A stretch of DNA of 64,000 nucleotides from Nitrospiraceae bacterium (GTDB lineage Bacteria > Nitrospirota > Nitrospiria > Nitrospirales > UBA2166): positions 448,635 to 512,634 of the forward strand of contig PBSN01000008.1 of assembly GCA_002726235.1 (NCBI GenBank). Direction: 5' to 3'. The notes beneath the pieces were generated by a model, which was not told where the DNA came from, made no database searches, and saw only the letters and a program-made list of their open reading frames with translations. Position 1 is the first letter of the stretch. Every line of letters begins with the position of its first letter. Both the position numbers and the translations under genes were made by a program. Below are positions 1-9,552 of this stretch, in pieces.

Positions 1-1
1 C

Positions 2-1282
2 GAAGTCGCCAAGAACGGGCCAGAAACACTCCCCCCTATGCCCAAACCGCCATTCCCCTTTCCTCCCGACGCACCATTCCCATTTCCATTTCAACCCCCA
101 GAGCCAGCACCCCAAAAACGCTCGGGATCTGGAATCTTAATTAACCCAAGTGGCTACATCGTCACCAATAATCACGTTGTTGAAGGGGCAACTGAGGTCA
201 CCGTCACACTTTCCGACAGGAGAGAACTTAAGGGAACCATTGCCGGAACAGACCCGCAGACAGACTTAGCTGTTGTTGTCATTCAAGGCGATGATCTCCC
301 CGCAATGAAGTGGAGCGATTCTGACCAAGTCGATGTCGGTGATCTCGTTCTGGCTATTGGAAGTCCTTTCGGATTAACACAGACAGTCACAATGGGGATT
401 ATCAGTGCACTTGGCCGCGGCAACGTTGGAATCACAGAGTATGAAGACTTCATTCAAACCGATGCCGCTATTAATCCAGGAAATTCTGGTGGCCCCCTAG
501 TTAATATGGCCGGCAACCTGATCGGAATAAACACCGCAATCTTTTCCCGCACTGGAGGCTCGGAAGGCATTGGCTTTGCCATTCCAAGTAATATCGCGCA
601 ACACATCGTCAATAGCTTAATCCAAACCGGAAGTGTCGTTCGCGGCTGGCTTGGAGTGTCTATCCAAGATATGACCCCTGCTCTCGCTGAAGCGTTTGGT
701 CTTCAAACGATGAAAGGCGCGCTCATTGGCCAAATACTTGCTGATAGCCCTGCAGAGAAAGCTGGCCTTCAACAGGGAGACATCATCATTAGATACGCTG
801 ATAAGCTGATTGACAACATGAGTCAGATCCGCAATGCCGCCGCGCAATCTCCGATAGGAAAGAGTGTCGATGTCACCGTTATCAGAGATGGACAAGTACA
901 CACCCATCAGGTCATCGTTACGGTCCGACCGGCCGATCTCTCCGCAAGCGCTGGTTCATTTTCAGGAGAGAGCGAAAACCTTAATAATGTCTTGGCTAAT
1001 CTCCGTGTCCGAGATCTTGATCTTGAGACGTTAGAGCGTCTTGATCTTCCAAGCGACACCTCGGGTGTGCTAGTAGAAGCTGTGCGCCAAAACTCTCCGG
1101 CTGACCACGAGGGCATACGACACGGAGACATTATTCAGCAGATTCGATTTGCCGGCACACAGATGCAAATTACGAACATGACCGATTTCCGTGCTGCTGT
1201 GCGAACAATTGAGAAAGACGACATGATCATTCTGCTTATCCAGCGGCGGGGAAGCAACCTGTTTGTCCCACTTCAGCCCTAA
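2..1282 (+). CDS. HtrA/DegP-family serine endoprotease with two PDZ domains (5' end lies outside the window)
   Basis: Catalytic motifs TNNHVV, TDLAV, IQTDAAINPGNSGGPL; PDZ motif RGWLGVSIQ; the frame is open back to base 2, so the ATG at 38 is probably internal. Confidence 0.95.
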   Translation, partial: EVAKNGPETLPPMPKPPFPFPPDAPFPFPFQPPEPAPQKRSGSGILINPSGYIVTNNHVVEGATEVTVTLSDRRELKGTIAGTDPQTDLAVVVIQGDDLPAMKWSDSDQVDVGDLVLAIGSPFGLTQTVTMGIISALGRGNVGITEYEDFIQTDAAINPGNSGGPLVNMAGNLIGINTAIFSRTGGSEGIGFAIPSNIAQHIVNSLIQTGSVVRGWLGVSIQDMTPALAEAFGLQTMKGALIGQILADSPAEKAGLQQGDIIIRYADKLIDNMSQIRNAAAQSPIGKSVDVTVIRDGQVHTHQVIVTVRPADLSASAGSFSGESENLNNVLANLRVRDLDLETLERLDLPSDTSGVLVEAVRQNSPADHEGIRHGDIIQQIRFAGTQMQITNMTDFRAAVRTIEKDDMIILLIQRRGSNLFVPLQP

Positions 1283-1290
1283 CAAGATGG

Positions 1291-2184
1291 GTGCCCTCTA
1301 GAGACGACACCATGCCATCGCCCAACTCTGAGCAATCCACATCCACTAGGTTTTTTCAACGGATCCACGACAAAATGTTTCCGTCCATTGATGACAAGAG
1401 GATGCCAATCCTTGTCCATCTGACGGAACTGCGAACACGGCTACTTCGCGCTGCAGTGATCATGAGCATTATCTTTCTAGGCGCCTTTTATTTCGCGCCA
1501 ACTCTTATGACATGGGTCCAAGCTCCTTTATATTCCTATTTCTCACCTTCAAAAATGACATGGGTTGCTTCGGGATTGTCGGACATCACATTTATCTTCC
1601 TCTCCCCGGCTGAAGCATTCTGGAACAGCATCAAAGTCGCAGCGGTTGTCGCAATTTTTATTGTCATGCCTTATGCCCTCTACGAACTATGGAAGTTTGC
1701 CGAGCCTGGCCTTCGTGTCCACGAGCGACGCTTTACGCTCCCCTTTGTCACGTTATGTAGTACCATGTTTTATCTTGGCATCTCGTTTTGTTACCTCGTC
1801 GTTCTTCCGTTTGCGCTCAACTTTCTCGTCGGATACGGCATCGATGCAGGATTTACCCCTCAGCTCTCAATTGGCATTTTCGTTGGCTTTAATTTGTGGC
1901 TACTACTTGTCTTCGGCCTGATTTTTGAACTGCCGATGCTGATGACATTACTGGCCAAGTTAGGGCTTGTAGATGCTCCTTGGCTCCGAAGGTATCGAAA
2001 ATGGGCCTATCTTTGTTTTTTCATTCTTGGCGCTATCCTTACTCCAACGCCGGATCCTTTCAACCAGACATTGATGGCCGTGCCACTTGTTGTCTTCTAC
2101 GAAGTGGGTATCGTCGGTGCACGTTTCTTTGCGAAGCCAGCTAAGTTTGAAGCACCCCACATTGTCCAAAGTACAAACCAGTAA
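1291..2184 (+). CDS. tatC: Twin-arginine translocase subunit TatC (alternative start ATG 1312)
   Basis: HLTELRTRL, SPAEAF, YELWKFAEPGL, FGLIFELP, GAILTPTPD motifs; about six TM segments. Confidence 0.95.
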   Translation: MPSRDDTMPSPNSEQSTSTRFFQRIHDKMFPSIDDKRMPILVHLTELRTRLLRAAVIMSIIFLGAFYFAPTLMTWVQAPLYSYFSPSKMTWVASGLSDITFIFLSPAEAFWNSIKVAAVVAIFIVMPYALYELWKFAEPGLRVHERRFTLPFVTLCSTMFYLGISFCYLVVLPFALNFLVGYGIDAGFTPQLSIGIFVGFNLWLLLVFGLIFELPMLMTLLAKLGLVDAPWLRRYRKWAYLCFFILGAILTPTPDPFNQTLMAVPLVVFYEVGIVGARFFAKPAKFEAPHIVQSTNQ

Positions 2185-2214
2185 AGTACATTCAACAACG
2201 GGAACTCAAATATT

Positions 2215-3459
2215 ATGAGCAACTTCTTCACTCCACTCGTCGAAGCCCAACACACCGTTCTTGAAGCATGTTCTGTTCTCGGAAAAGAAAAGGTCGGCAT
2301 CATAGAATCGCTTGGCCGAACTTTAGCGGAAGACCTCATTGCCAAACGTGCAAATCCTCCATGGAATAATTCCGCAATGGATGGCTTTGCCGTACGAAAC
2401 GCAGATCTTCCGACCGATCATCTAGTTCCAGAACCAGTGACGTTGAACGTAATTGAAGAGGTCCCCGCAGGGCGTTCTGCGACCCGTTCGGTAGGCCGCG
2501 GAGACGCTATTCGAATCATGACCGGCGCACCAGTCCCCGCTGGAGCCGATACCGTGATCAAGATAGAGGACACCGAACCAACAAAAACGCACGTCAAAAT
2601 TTTCTCCGCCGTTAAAACAGGGTCTCATATCCGCAAGCAAGGTGAAGATATTACGAAAGGTGAATGCCTTATCCCACGTGGCACAACTATCCGACCGGCT
2701 GAAATTGGCATTCTCGCGATGATGGGGAAGCCTTTGATCTTTGTTCACCAACGTCCTCAAGTGGCAATCCTTTCCACCGGGGATGAATTAATGGATCTTG
2801 ATGACCAATTCGACGAAGACAAAATTACGAATTCGAATGGGTACGCCTTTGCCGCGCAAACACGCGAGGCCGGAGGGACTCCCATTGTGCTCGGAATTTC
2901 CAAAGATCGCCCTGAAGATTTAAAAGAGAAAATTAGCGAGGCCTCCAACGCAGATATCCTCGTGATCTCCGGAGGCGTTTCCATGGGGGATTATGACTTT
3001 ACCAAATTAGTCCTCAGTGAACTCGGCAAGAACGTTCACGCATGGAAGCTCGCGATCAAGCCAGGACAACCCGTGACATTTGGGACAATACGAGACACTC
3101 TTTGCTTTGGGTTACCAGGAAACCCTGTCTCATCAATGATCACGTTTGAACAATTGGTCCGCCCAGTAATTCTAAAGATGTCAGGACAGACCAATCTTTT
3201 TCGTCTTACCATACAAGCGACCTTTCAAGAGACATTTTCCAAACGGCCGGACCGTCGCCATTTCTTACGCGGTATTGTTCGTATCGAAAACGGAATTCCA
3301 ACTGTTCGAACTACAGGCAACCAAGGATCTGGCATCCTCACCTCAATGCTCAAAGCCAACGCCTTAATTGATATTCCAGAGTCGGTAGAACAACTCAAGC
3401 CTGGAGACATGGTGTCTGTACAGATGTTAAGCGAACACGTTCCACATATTTCAAGTTGA
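2215..3459 (+). CDS. moeA: Molybdopterin molybdenumtransferase MoeA
   Basis: NSAMDGFAV, RIMTGAPVP, STGDEL, SGGVSMGDYD, IKPGQP, GLPGNPVS motifs. Confidence 0.96.
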   Translation: MSNFFTPLVEAQHTVLEACSVLGKEKVGIIESLGRTLAEDLIAKRANPPWNNSAMDGFAVRNADLPTDHLVPEPVTLNVIEEVPAGRSATRSVGRGDAIRIMTGAPVPAGADTVIKIEDTEPTKTHVKIFSAVKTGSHIRKQGEDITKGECLIPRGTTIRPAEIGILAMMGKPLIFVHQRPQVAILSTGDELMDLDDQFDEDKITNSNGYAFAAQTREAGGTPIVLGISKDRPEDLKEKISEASNADILVISGGVSMGDYDFTKLVLSELGKNVHAWKLAIKPGQPVTFGTIRDTLCFGLPGNPVSSMITFEQLVRPVILKMSGQTNLFRLTIQATFQETFSKRPDRRHFLRGIVRIENGIPTVRTTGNQGSGILTSMLKANALIDIPESVEQLKPGDMVSVQMLSEHVPHISS

Positions 3460-3466
3460 ACCGCAG

Positions 3467-3991
3467 ATGAAAAACACAACCCCGATCCTATGCTTTGTCG
3501 GCCGCTCAAATAGTGGGAAAACAACCCTCATTGAACGACTGATTCACTCACTGACCCAATCAAGATATCGCATCGCAGCCATTAAACATGCCGGACACGG
3601 TTTTGATCTTGATACCGAAGGCAAAGACAGCTGGCGGCACAAACGCGCAGGCGCACGTACAGTTATTGTGAAATCAAAAACTAGCCTTGCGCTCTTCTCG
3701 GACATCGAAGATTCCGTTTCACTCACCACCCTTCGGGACCAATACATTTGCAACACCGACCTGATCATCGCGGAAGGGTGGAAAAGCGAGAATTACCCAA
3801 AGATTGTGGTCGTACGCGACCACTTTGGGGAGATTGATGTCAAGGATAATGGTCTCCTCGCCGTGGTTTCACGCGCCCCAGTTGACGTGGCGGTTCCTAT
3901 TATCCACCCTGACGACATCCCAACCCTCGCTTCCTTGGTGCGCGAATACTTCCCGATCGGAGATATACATCCCCCTATCCTGCGGAAATAA
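3467..3991 (+). CDS. mobB: Molybdopterin-guanine dinucleotide biosynthesis protein B
   Basis: P-loop GRSNSGKTT, IKHAGHGFD, GKDSWRH, EGWK; 7 bp after moeA. Confidence 0.93.
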   Translation: MKNTTPILCFVGRSNSGKTTLIERLIHSLTQSRYRIAAIKHAGHGFDLDTEGKDSWRHKRAGARTVIVKSKTSLALFSDIEDSVSLTTLRDQYICNTDLIIAEGWKSENYPKIVVVRDHFGEIDVKDNGLLAVVSRAPVDVAVPIIHPDDIPTLASLVREYFPIGDIHPPILRK

Positions 3992-4059
3992 GTCGCCAAT
4001 TATCAAACACCAATTTGCTCAACATTTATCTTCTGACCCATTCTTAACGGAGCAATATC

Positions 4060-4788
4060 TTGGCTAAAACAATAGTCAGAGTCCGAGAACTCACTAAGAG
4101 ATTTAACGGACTCACTGCCGTTGACCGCATCTCCTTTGACATCTACGAGGGGGAGATCATTGGCTTGCTCGGACCAAATGGTGCAGGCAAAACAACGACG
4201 ATCCATATGCTTTTAGACATCGTGACTCCGAACTCCGGACAAATCTTGATCGATGGTCGAAATCTTAGTCAGTACCGAGAAGAAATTTTACGTCAGATCA
4301 ACTTCGCGTCAAGTCATATCGCCATGCCATATTCATTGACCGTCGAGGAGAATCTGCAGATCTTCGCCAGACTATATGAATTGCCTCACCGCCAAGAGCG
4401 TATCGAGCAGGTTATTGATGAGCTTGACATGGCTTCGCTTCGCGCCAAGCTGACTCGAACTCTATCCTCTGGACAGATGACTCGGCTTTCTCTGGCTAAA
4501 GCCTTTCTAACTCAACCAAAACTTCTCCTCCTTGATGAGCCTACTGCGAGCCTAGATCCCGACAGTGCAGACAAAACACGAGCCTTGGTACGCAAATACC
4601 AAAGACATTTCGGATGTACCATCCTCTACACATCACATAACATGAGAGAAATGGAAGAAATGTCTGATCGAATTATTTTTTTACAACGTGGGAAAGTAGT
4701 AGCAAGTGGTACCACACAGGAAATCATCTCCCAATTTGGCCGACGTGATTTAGAAGACGTGTTTCTCACCGTCGCCAGAACCGGATAG
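4060..4788 (+). CDS. ABC-2 type exporter ATP-binding subunit
   Basis: Walker A GPNGAGKTT, signature LSSGQ, Walker B LLLLDEPT, H-loop SH. Confidence 0.93.
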   Translation: MAKTIVRVRELTKRFNGLTAVDRISFDIYEGEIIGLLGPNGAGKTTTIHMLLDIVTPNSGQILIDGRNLSQYREEILRQINFASSHIAMPYSLTVEENLQIFARLYELPHRQERIEQVIDELDMASLRAKLTRTLSSGQMTRLSLAKAFLTQPKLLLLDEPTASLDPDSADKTRALVRKYQRHFGCTILYTSHNMREMEEMSDRIIFLQRGKVVASGTTQEIISQFGRRDLEDVFLTVARTG

Positions 4789-4792
4789 CACA

Positions 4793-5590
4793 TTGTCACT
4801 GAGCGGAAACCGAATACGCGCACTTATTCTTCGTCATCTTTTTCTATACCGACGAAGCCTTCCTCGCCTCATGGAAATATTTTACTGGCCACTGCTTGAT
4901 CTTATCGTGTGGGGGTTTATTACTGTCTACCTCGCCCAATTCAAGAATGGACTCCCAAGCGTCGTCGCATTCTTTATTGGTGCCCTCATTTTGTGGGACA
5001 TACTCTTCAGAGCCCAACAGGGGATCACCATTTCTTTCTTAGAAGAAATATGGTCCCGCAATCTCATGAATCTCTTCGCAAGTCCACTAAAACCAGGTGA
5101 GTTTCTCGCCGCGACCATGATCATCAGCCTCTCCAAAGTTGGAGCGGTTTTAATCGTCTCAGTGCTTGTCGCATGGGCCTTCTATTCGTTTAACTTGTTC
5201 ATTCTAGGCATCTCCTTGATCCCATTTATCTTAAACCTCATCATTATGGGATGGGTCATTGGAATCCTCACCACTGCAATTATCATGCGCTACGGGCAAG
5301 AAGCCGAAGTTTTGGCATGGGGAATGGTCTTTATTTTTCAGCCCGTTTCCTGTGTATTTTATCCCATCTCTGTTCTTCCAGGGTTTCTCCAAACTGTTGC
5401 GCAATTGATTCCAGCTGCCCACGTATTCGAAGGCATGCGCGATGTCATTACGAACAGCAATTTTCCTCTCACCGAACTCATGTGGGCCAGTGGGCTAAAT
5501 GCCATATATCTTTTCGCGGCCATTCTGTGGTTTCATTATGTTTATGGCGTTGCAAAGGACAAGGGAATATTGGTGCGAGTCGGAGGATAA
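4793..5590 (+). CDS. ABC-2 type exporter permease
   Basis: About six TM segments, VFYPISVLP motif, directly follows the ATPase. Confidence 0.88.
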   Translation: MSLSGNRIRALILRHLFLYRRSLPRLMEIFYWPLLDLIVWGFITVYLAQFKNGLPSVVAFFIGALILWDILFRAQQGITISFLEEIWSRNLMNLFASPLKPGEFLAATMIISLSKVGAVLIVSVLVAWAFYSFNLFILGISLIPFILNLIIMGWVIGILTTAIIMRYGQEAEVLAWGMVFIFQPVSCVFYPISVLPGFLQTVAQLIPAAHVFEGMRDVITNSNFPLTELMWASGLNAIYLFAAILWFHYVYGVAKDKGILVRVGG

Positions 5591-5705
5591 TTCTCGCAGG
5601 ATATTCAAACAATCTACCCACAAAGTTTTCGCACTCCTGAACTGAGCCACAATTTTTGATCATAACTCCTCACTTCATTGACTTTCCAAAAGACCTCACC
5701 CTATC

Positions 5706-6647
5706 ATGGCAACCGCTATGACCATTAACCCGAAATGGCCTACAGTACTCCTCATTTCAACAGCCGTCGTCTTTGGAATGGGTGGTTGCAGCCTCAATAC
5801 CCTGATGGTGAACCAGATGGCGCCAATTCTCTCTGCAGCTCTCCCATCATTAGAGGTCGAAGAAGATTTTGAGGTTGCACGGGATGCAATCCCAGCTCAG
5901 CTGAAACTGCTTGAAGGCTTTCTCGAATCCTCGCCAAACAACCGCCGTCTGCTCGAACTGCTTGCTCGAGGATGGGGCAATTATGCCTTTGGCTTCATCG
6001 AGGACGCAATCGAAGAGGTTAAGGAAAGTGATCCGGCCCGTGCGGAAGTACTCACAGCTCGTGGGCAAAGGTTATATCTCCGTGGCATGAATTACGGACT
6101 TCGTCTCTTAGCCCTTACGGACGATCGTTTCCCCGCCGTAATGAACCAATCACCAAAAAAACTGGAAAAGGCATTACAGGACACCAATGCCCGTGATCTC
6201 ATCCCTGCGCTTTTCTGGACCGGGTTTGGTCTTGCCGGGGCCGTGAACTTGGGGCGTGATCAACCCGAACTCATCGTCCGCCTCCCACAGGTCGAACTGA
6301 TATTCAAACGGATACAGGAACTCGACGAGAGTTTCTTCTATGCGGGATCACATCTTGCGCTTGGCTCATTCTATGCCTCGCGTATCCAGTTGTTCGGAGG
6401 AGATCTTGAAAAAGGAAGGGACCACTTCGAGCGTGCAATTCACCTGACCGATGGAACATTCCTCATGCATAAAGTACTTTACGCATTCTACTATGCGCAT
6501 CACACCCAAAACCGCGAATTATTTGAAAAGTTACTCAACGAAGTCGTGACAACGCCAGCCACAATTCTCCCGGAGCAACACCTCGCCAACGTAATTGCCA
6601 AACGACGTGCACAGCGCTACCTAGCCTGGGCAGACGATCTGTTTTAG
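5706..6647 (+). CDS. TRAP transporter T-component (TatT) family TPR lipoprotein
   Basis: Lipobox-like MGGC; EDFEVARDAIPAQLKLLEG, YAFGF, LFGGDLEKGRDHFERA and LANVIAKRRA motifs typical of TatT. Confidence 0.75.
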   Translation: MATAMTINPKWPTVLLISTAVVFGMGGCSLNTLMVNQMAPILSAALPSLEVEEDFEVARDAIPAQLKLLEGFLESSPNNRRLLELLARGWGNYAFGFIEDAIEEVKESDPARAEVLTARGQRLYLRGMNYGLRLLALTDDRFPAVMNQSPKKLEKALQDTNARDLIPALFWTGFGLAGAVNLGRDQPELIVRLPQVELIFKRIQELDESFFYAGSHLALGSFYASRIQLFGGDLEKGRDHFERAIHLTDGTFLMHKVLYAFYYAHHTQNRELFEKLLNEVVTTPATILPEQHLANVIAKRRAQRYLAWADDLF

Positions 6648-6708
6648 AATTTACCTCCTTTTTACTCATTCTCCTACCCTCTACACTGTGGCAGAGTGTT
6701 TGTTTAAC

Positions 6709-7335
6709 CTATCGGTTCTGAGACTGCACCCGACGCTGCCACAGATACAGCAACCAATAGATGTGTGAGCCGATCGCTGCAAACCAAATAAACCATTCAG
6801 GTTTCGAAACCAGTGCGAGGAACAGAATCAAGACGGAAAAATCTCGATTCGTCAGCTGCACAAGAAAATTGTTCAGTAGCGATTCAGTGGCTCCATTGGC
6901 TGGAGAATCTCGAAGTATCACAAACAAATCGATCAACATTCCAGTAGCCGCCACCATCCCCAACAGCACGTAAATCAAGCCCTCCTCACGATACGCGGCC
7001 CACGTAATTCCAGCGATGATAGCAATGTGAACCATGTTATCCGCAAGCAGATCAAAACGGTCCCCAAAGGGCGACTCAAGATGTTTGATCCTCGCAACCT
7101 CACCATCACAGCAATCGACAATTAATGAGAGTTGAAAGAGCAAGGCGCCAATGATGCCTCCGGCATACCCGCCATAGGCAAATGCGGCTGCGGCACCTAA
7201 GCCGATAAACATGGCAAGAAGGGTAATGGAGTTAGGAGTAAGGGAAGTCTTCAGAAAAAGCAGGGTAAGAGGACGGGAACACTTGCGGTTTAAATGCCTA
7301 TCGACAAACCCATCTGTACGAACCACAGATGCCAC
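6709..7335 (-). CDS. CDP-alcohol phosphatidyltransferase family protein (start uncertain, possibly N-terminally truncated)
   Basis: Complete signature DCCDGEVARIKHLESPFGDRFDLLAD plus TPNSIT; multiple TM helices. Confidence 0.88.
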   Translation of the reverse strand: MASVVRTDGFVDRHLNRKCSRPLTLLFLKTSLTPNSITLLAMFIGLGAAAAFAYGGYAGGIIGALLFQLSLIVDCCDGEVARIKHLESPFGDRFDLLADNMVHIAIIAGITWAAYREEGLIYVLLGMVAATGMLIDLFVILRDSPANGATESLLNNFLVQLTNRDFSVLILFLALVSKPEWFIWFAAIGSHIYWLLYLWQRRVQSQNR

Positions 7336-7354
7336 GGATTATATTACAACTGAG

Positions 7355-7368
7355 TGAATAATTATTCA
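7355..7368. promoter_or_regulatory. Perfect 14-bp palindrome TGAATAATTATTCA, putative operator
   Basis: Perfect dyad about 20 bp upstream of the 7335 GTG; matches the TGAATWWWWATTCA core of ARG boxes. Confidence 0.35.
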
Positions 7369-7491
7369 TCCTCACAACGCATCGGCAATACGTCGAGATT
7401 GTGATGACGTGCGTTGCTATCACCAGCCCAAATATTAAGCGCCAACCCGTAAACTTGGTAGAGAGGATTATGCCAGCCAATATGCCATTCA

Positions 7492-7522
7492 CTGAGTGTC
7501 CAAACGCGATATGGACACTCAG
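7492..7522. other. Inverted repeat CTGAGTGTCCA-N9-TGGACACTCAG (hairpin or operator)
   Basis: 11-bp perfect stem, 9-nt loop, no flanking U-tract. Confidence 0.45.
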
Positions 7523-7800
7523 AGTTACTCATAACATTGCCATATCACACTAAAGGTCGCGTTTTTTTCTCTGCCCCCTTTCTTCTGCCTTCACGATATC
7601 ATCAACGCTCACCAATAAGAGTGCCTTTTATCCCAAGGCGTTTTACAACTCTCTCACCAGGCATAACCCTTGATGCTTTGATTGGTCACCAAGCAAATAG
7701 CAGGAACACAGAAGCACAGGGAATGGAGAGAGATGTGATCGAGAAAGAACACCAAGTCTGCTGGTATGGCGAGCAAAGATAGGCCTTTAGGTTGGGAAGC

Positions 7801-8778
7801 TTAGTCAAGATATCCCCAACATCTCATGATCTTGATAGAATCCTCTTCACTGTACACGAGAAATTTAAGCATCGTATCAAGTCCGTTACAGGCACGCTCA
7901 AGATTCGTATCCATTCCGGGGAAATCAGGCCACCCTTGCTCGTTCTTGGTCATCATAATCCAATCCATGCCGGCTTGAATCGCGGGATCGCATTGGCGCT
8001 CAATTCCAAGCATGCGAGAAACCAACATCAGCGATCGCACGGAGTCCATAGTATGCTCGACACTGTCATTGTCCCATGACCCGCTTTCTGCCTGCAATGA
8101 CAATAAAAGTTCTGCCCCTTTACGACATGGGCGACTTACTCGCATGACGTTTTCGATCATCACATCGGCGACCAATGAATCTTGTATGAGATGTGCAGTA
8201 AGTGCAACACCCGTCGGATAGAACTCTTGGTCATACCATCCCCCATCCGTTGATTGATTATCGAGAATAAACTGCATCCCTTTCTTCCATGATTCTGTCA
8301 CCTTTTTCCGCATCGTCGTTCCAAATTCCTTCCCTAACACAAGTACCACATTTAAAAAACTTACAGGGTAGCTCGTGGCGTCCAAATCTGACCAGGAAGG
8401 ATCAACCCATCTCCCATCAGGCTTCTGGGCATCAAGAAAATATCGTATCGCGAGTTGAACGGATCCGGAAAGACGTTCATACTTTAGAAGCTGATTTCCA
8501 CGAATAAGCATAAGGCCACAGAAGGCAGATACCCAAACCTTGCTTTCAGTGTCGGTACCAGTTTGCCCCCATCCACCATCCTCATTTTGCTGCGCTCCAA
8601 GCGCAATAAACTCTGGAGTCGATGTCTCGACGACCTTCTTGTGAATCAAAACACGCAACGCATGTGCCACTAACTTCAAATCGTGCTGATCACTTGTGGT
8701 TAGACTCCAATTGTCATATTCTGACCGCAAGTACGCATATTCGCTTTCAATAACTGACTCTATCTCTTCCGGCGTCAT
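7801..8778 (-). CDS. Prenyltransferase/squalene-oxidase repeat protein (single alpha/alpha barrel, class II terpene cyclase-like fold)
   Basis: Five QW-type repeats: QQNEDGGW, AQKPDGRW, NQSTDGGW, LQAESGSW, TKNEQGW; DLDAT at a DxDDT-like position. Confidence 0.78.
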   Translation of the reverse strand: MTPEEIESVIESEYAYLRSEYDNWSLTTSDQHDLKLVAHALRVLIHKKVVETSTPEFIALGAQQNEDGGWGQTGTDTESKVWVSAFCGLMLIRGNQLLKYERLSGSVQLAIRYFLDAQKPDGRWVDPSWSDLDATSYPVSFLNVVLVLGKEFGTTMRKKVTESWKKGMQFILDNQSTDGGWYDQEFYPTGVALTAHLIQDSLVADVMIENVMRVSRPCRKGAELLLSLQAESGSWDNDSVEHTMDSVRSLMLVSRMLGIERQCDPAIQAGMDWIMMTKNEQGWPDFPGMDTNLERACNGLDTMLKFLVYSEEDSIKIMRCWGYLD

Positions 8779-8796
8779 GTATGTACTCCCCTCCTC

Positions 8797-9552
8797 CTAC
8801 AATACCGACATATTGTTGATCGCGTCGAGACGCATAATGCCCGGCAATACATCGTCCTCCGCTCGATCCCGATCAGGCACACAATCAATCTCTATCCATG
8901 GCAAACCACCAATTTCCTCATATCCAACGTCAGCATGCTTGAAAAACATCTCGAGCGCGTCCTCATACTCAAGATCAAGATTCCCACTCGCGATATACGG
9001 ACATAGAGCATCATCAATATACTCCGTATTTGAAGCGGCAACTTTAAGAAACCCAACACCTTCTCCATGGGGAATTGCTCCTACGGGCGGAGTTTTTGTC
9101 AAGCTAACAACTAGGCCATCACGCACCATAACCATCATCTCTTCATCGTGTTGCTTCACGTATTGATCCACAAGAAGCGCATTTGGATGCGCTGATTCTA
9201 ACAAACGACTCAGGAACACTTTGGGAAACAAAATATCGGCATCCATGACCAGAACATCATCATCAAACTCTGTTCGAGCCATCCACAGCGAATAAATGCT
9301 TCCACGGCAAAACTCCTCGTTGATAATCCATCGGATCGACATCGAGGAGTCGACAGCCGTGGTCTCTTTCATAATTTGCTCTTTGCGATAGCCCACTACG
9401 ATCGAGACATTGGAAATCCCTACACTTTGAAGACTATCCAAATACCATGCAATGAGCGAACGACCAGCAAACGGCATAAGACATTTCGGTATGGAGTCAG
9501 TCACGGGAGCCATCCGTCGTCCAAGGCCAGCTGCGAGAATAATCGCTCTCAT
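8797..9552 (-). CDS. Phosphocholine/phosphonate cytidylyltransferase family NTP transferase (LicC/PntC-like)
   Basis: AIILAAGLGRRM, PKCL, MDADILF, WIEID motifs; 4-bp overlap with the upstream transaminase. Confidence 0.85.
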   Translation of the reverse strand: MRAIILAAGLGRRMAPVTDSIPKCLMPFAGRSLIAWYLDSLQSVGISNVSIVVGYRKEQIMKETTAVDSSMSIRWIINEEFCRGSIYSLWMARTEFDDDVLVMDADILFPKVFLSRLLESAHPNALLVDQYVKQHDEEMMVMVRDGLVVSLTKTPPVGAIPHGEGVGFLKVAASNTEYIDDALCPYIASGNLDLEYEDALEMFFKHADVGYEEIGGLPWIEIDCVPDRDRAEDDVLPGIMRLDAINNMSVL

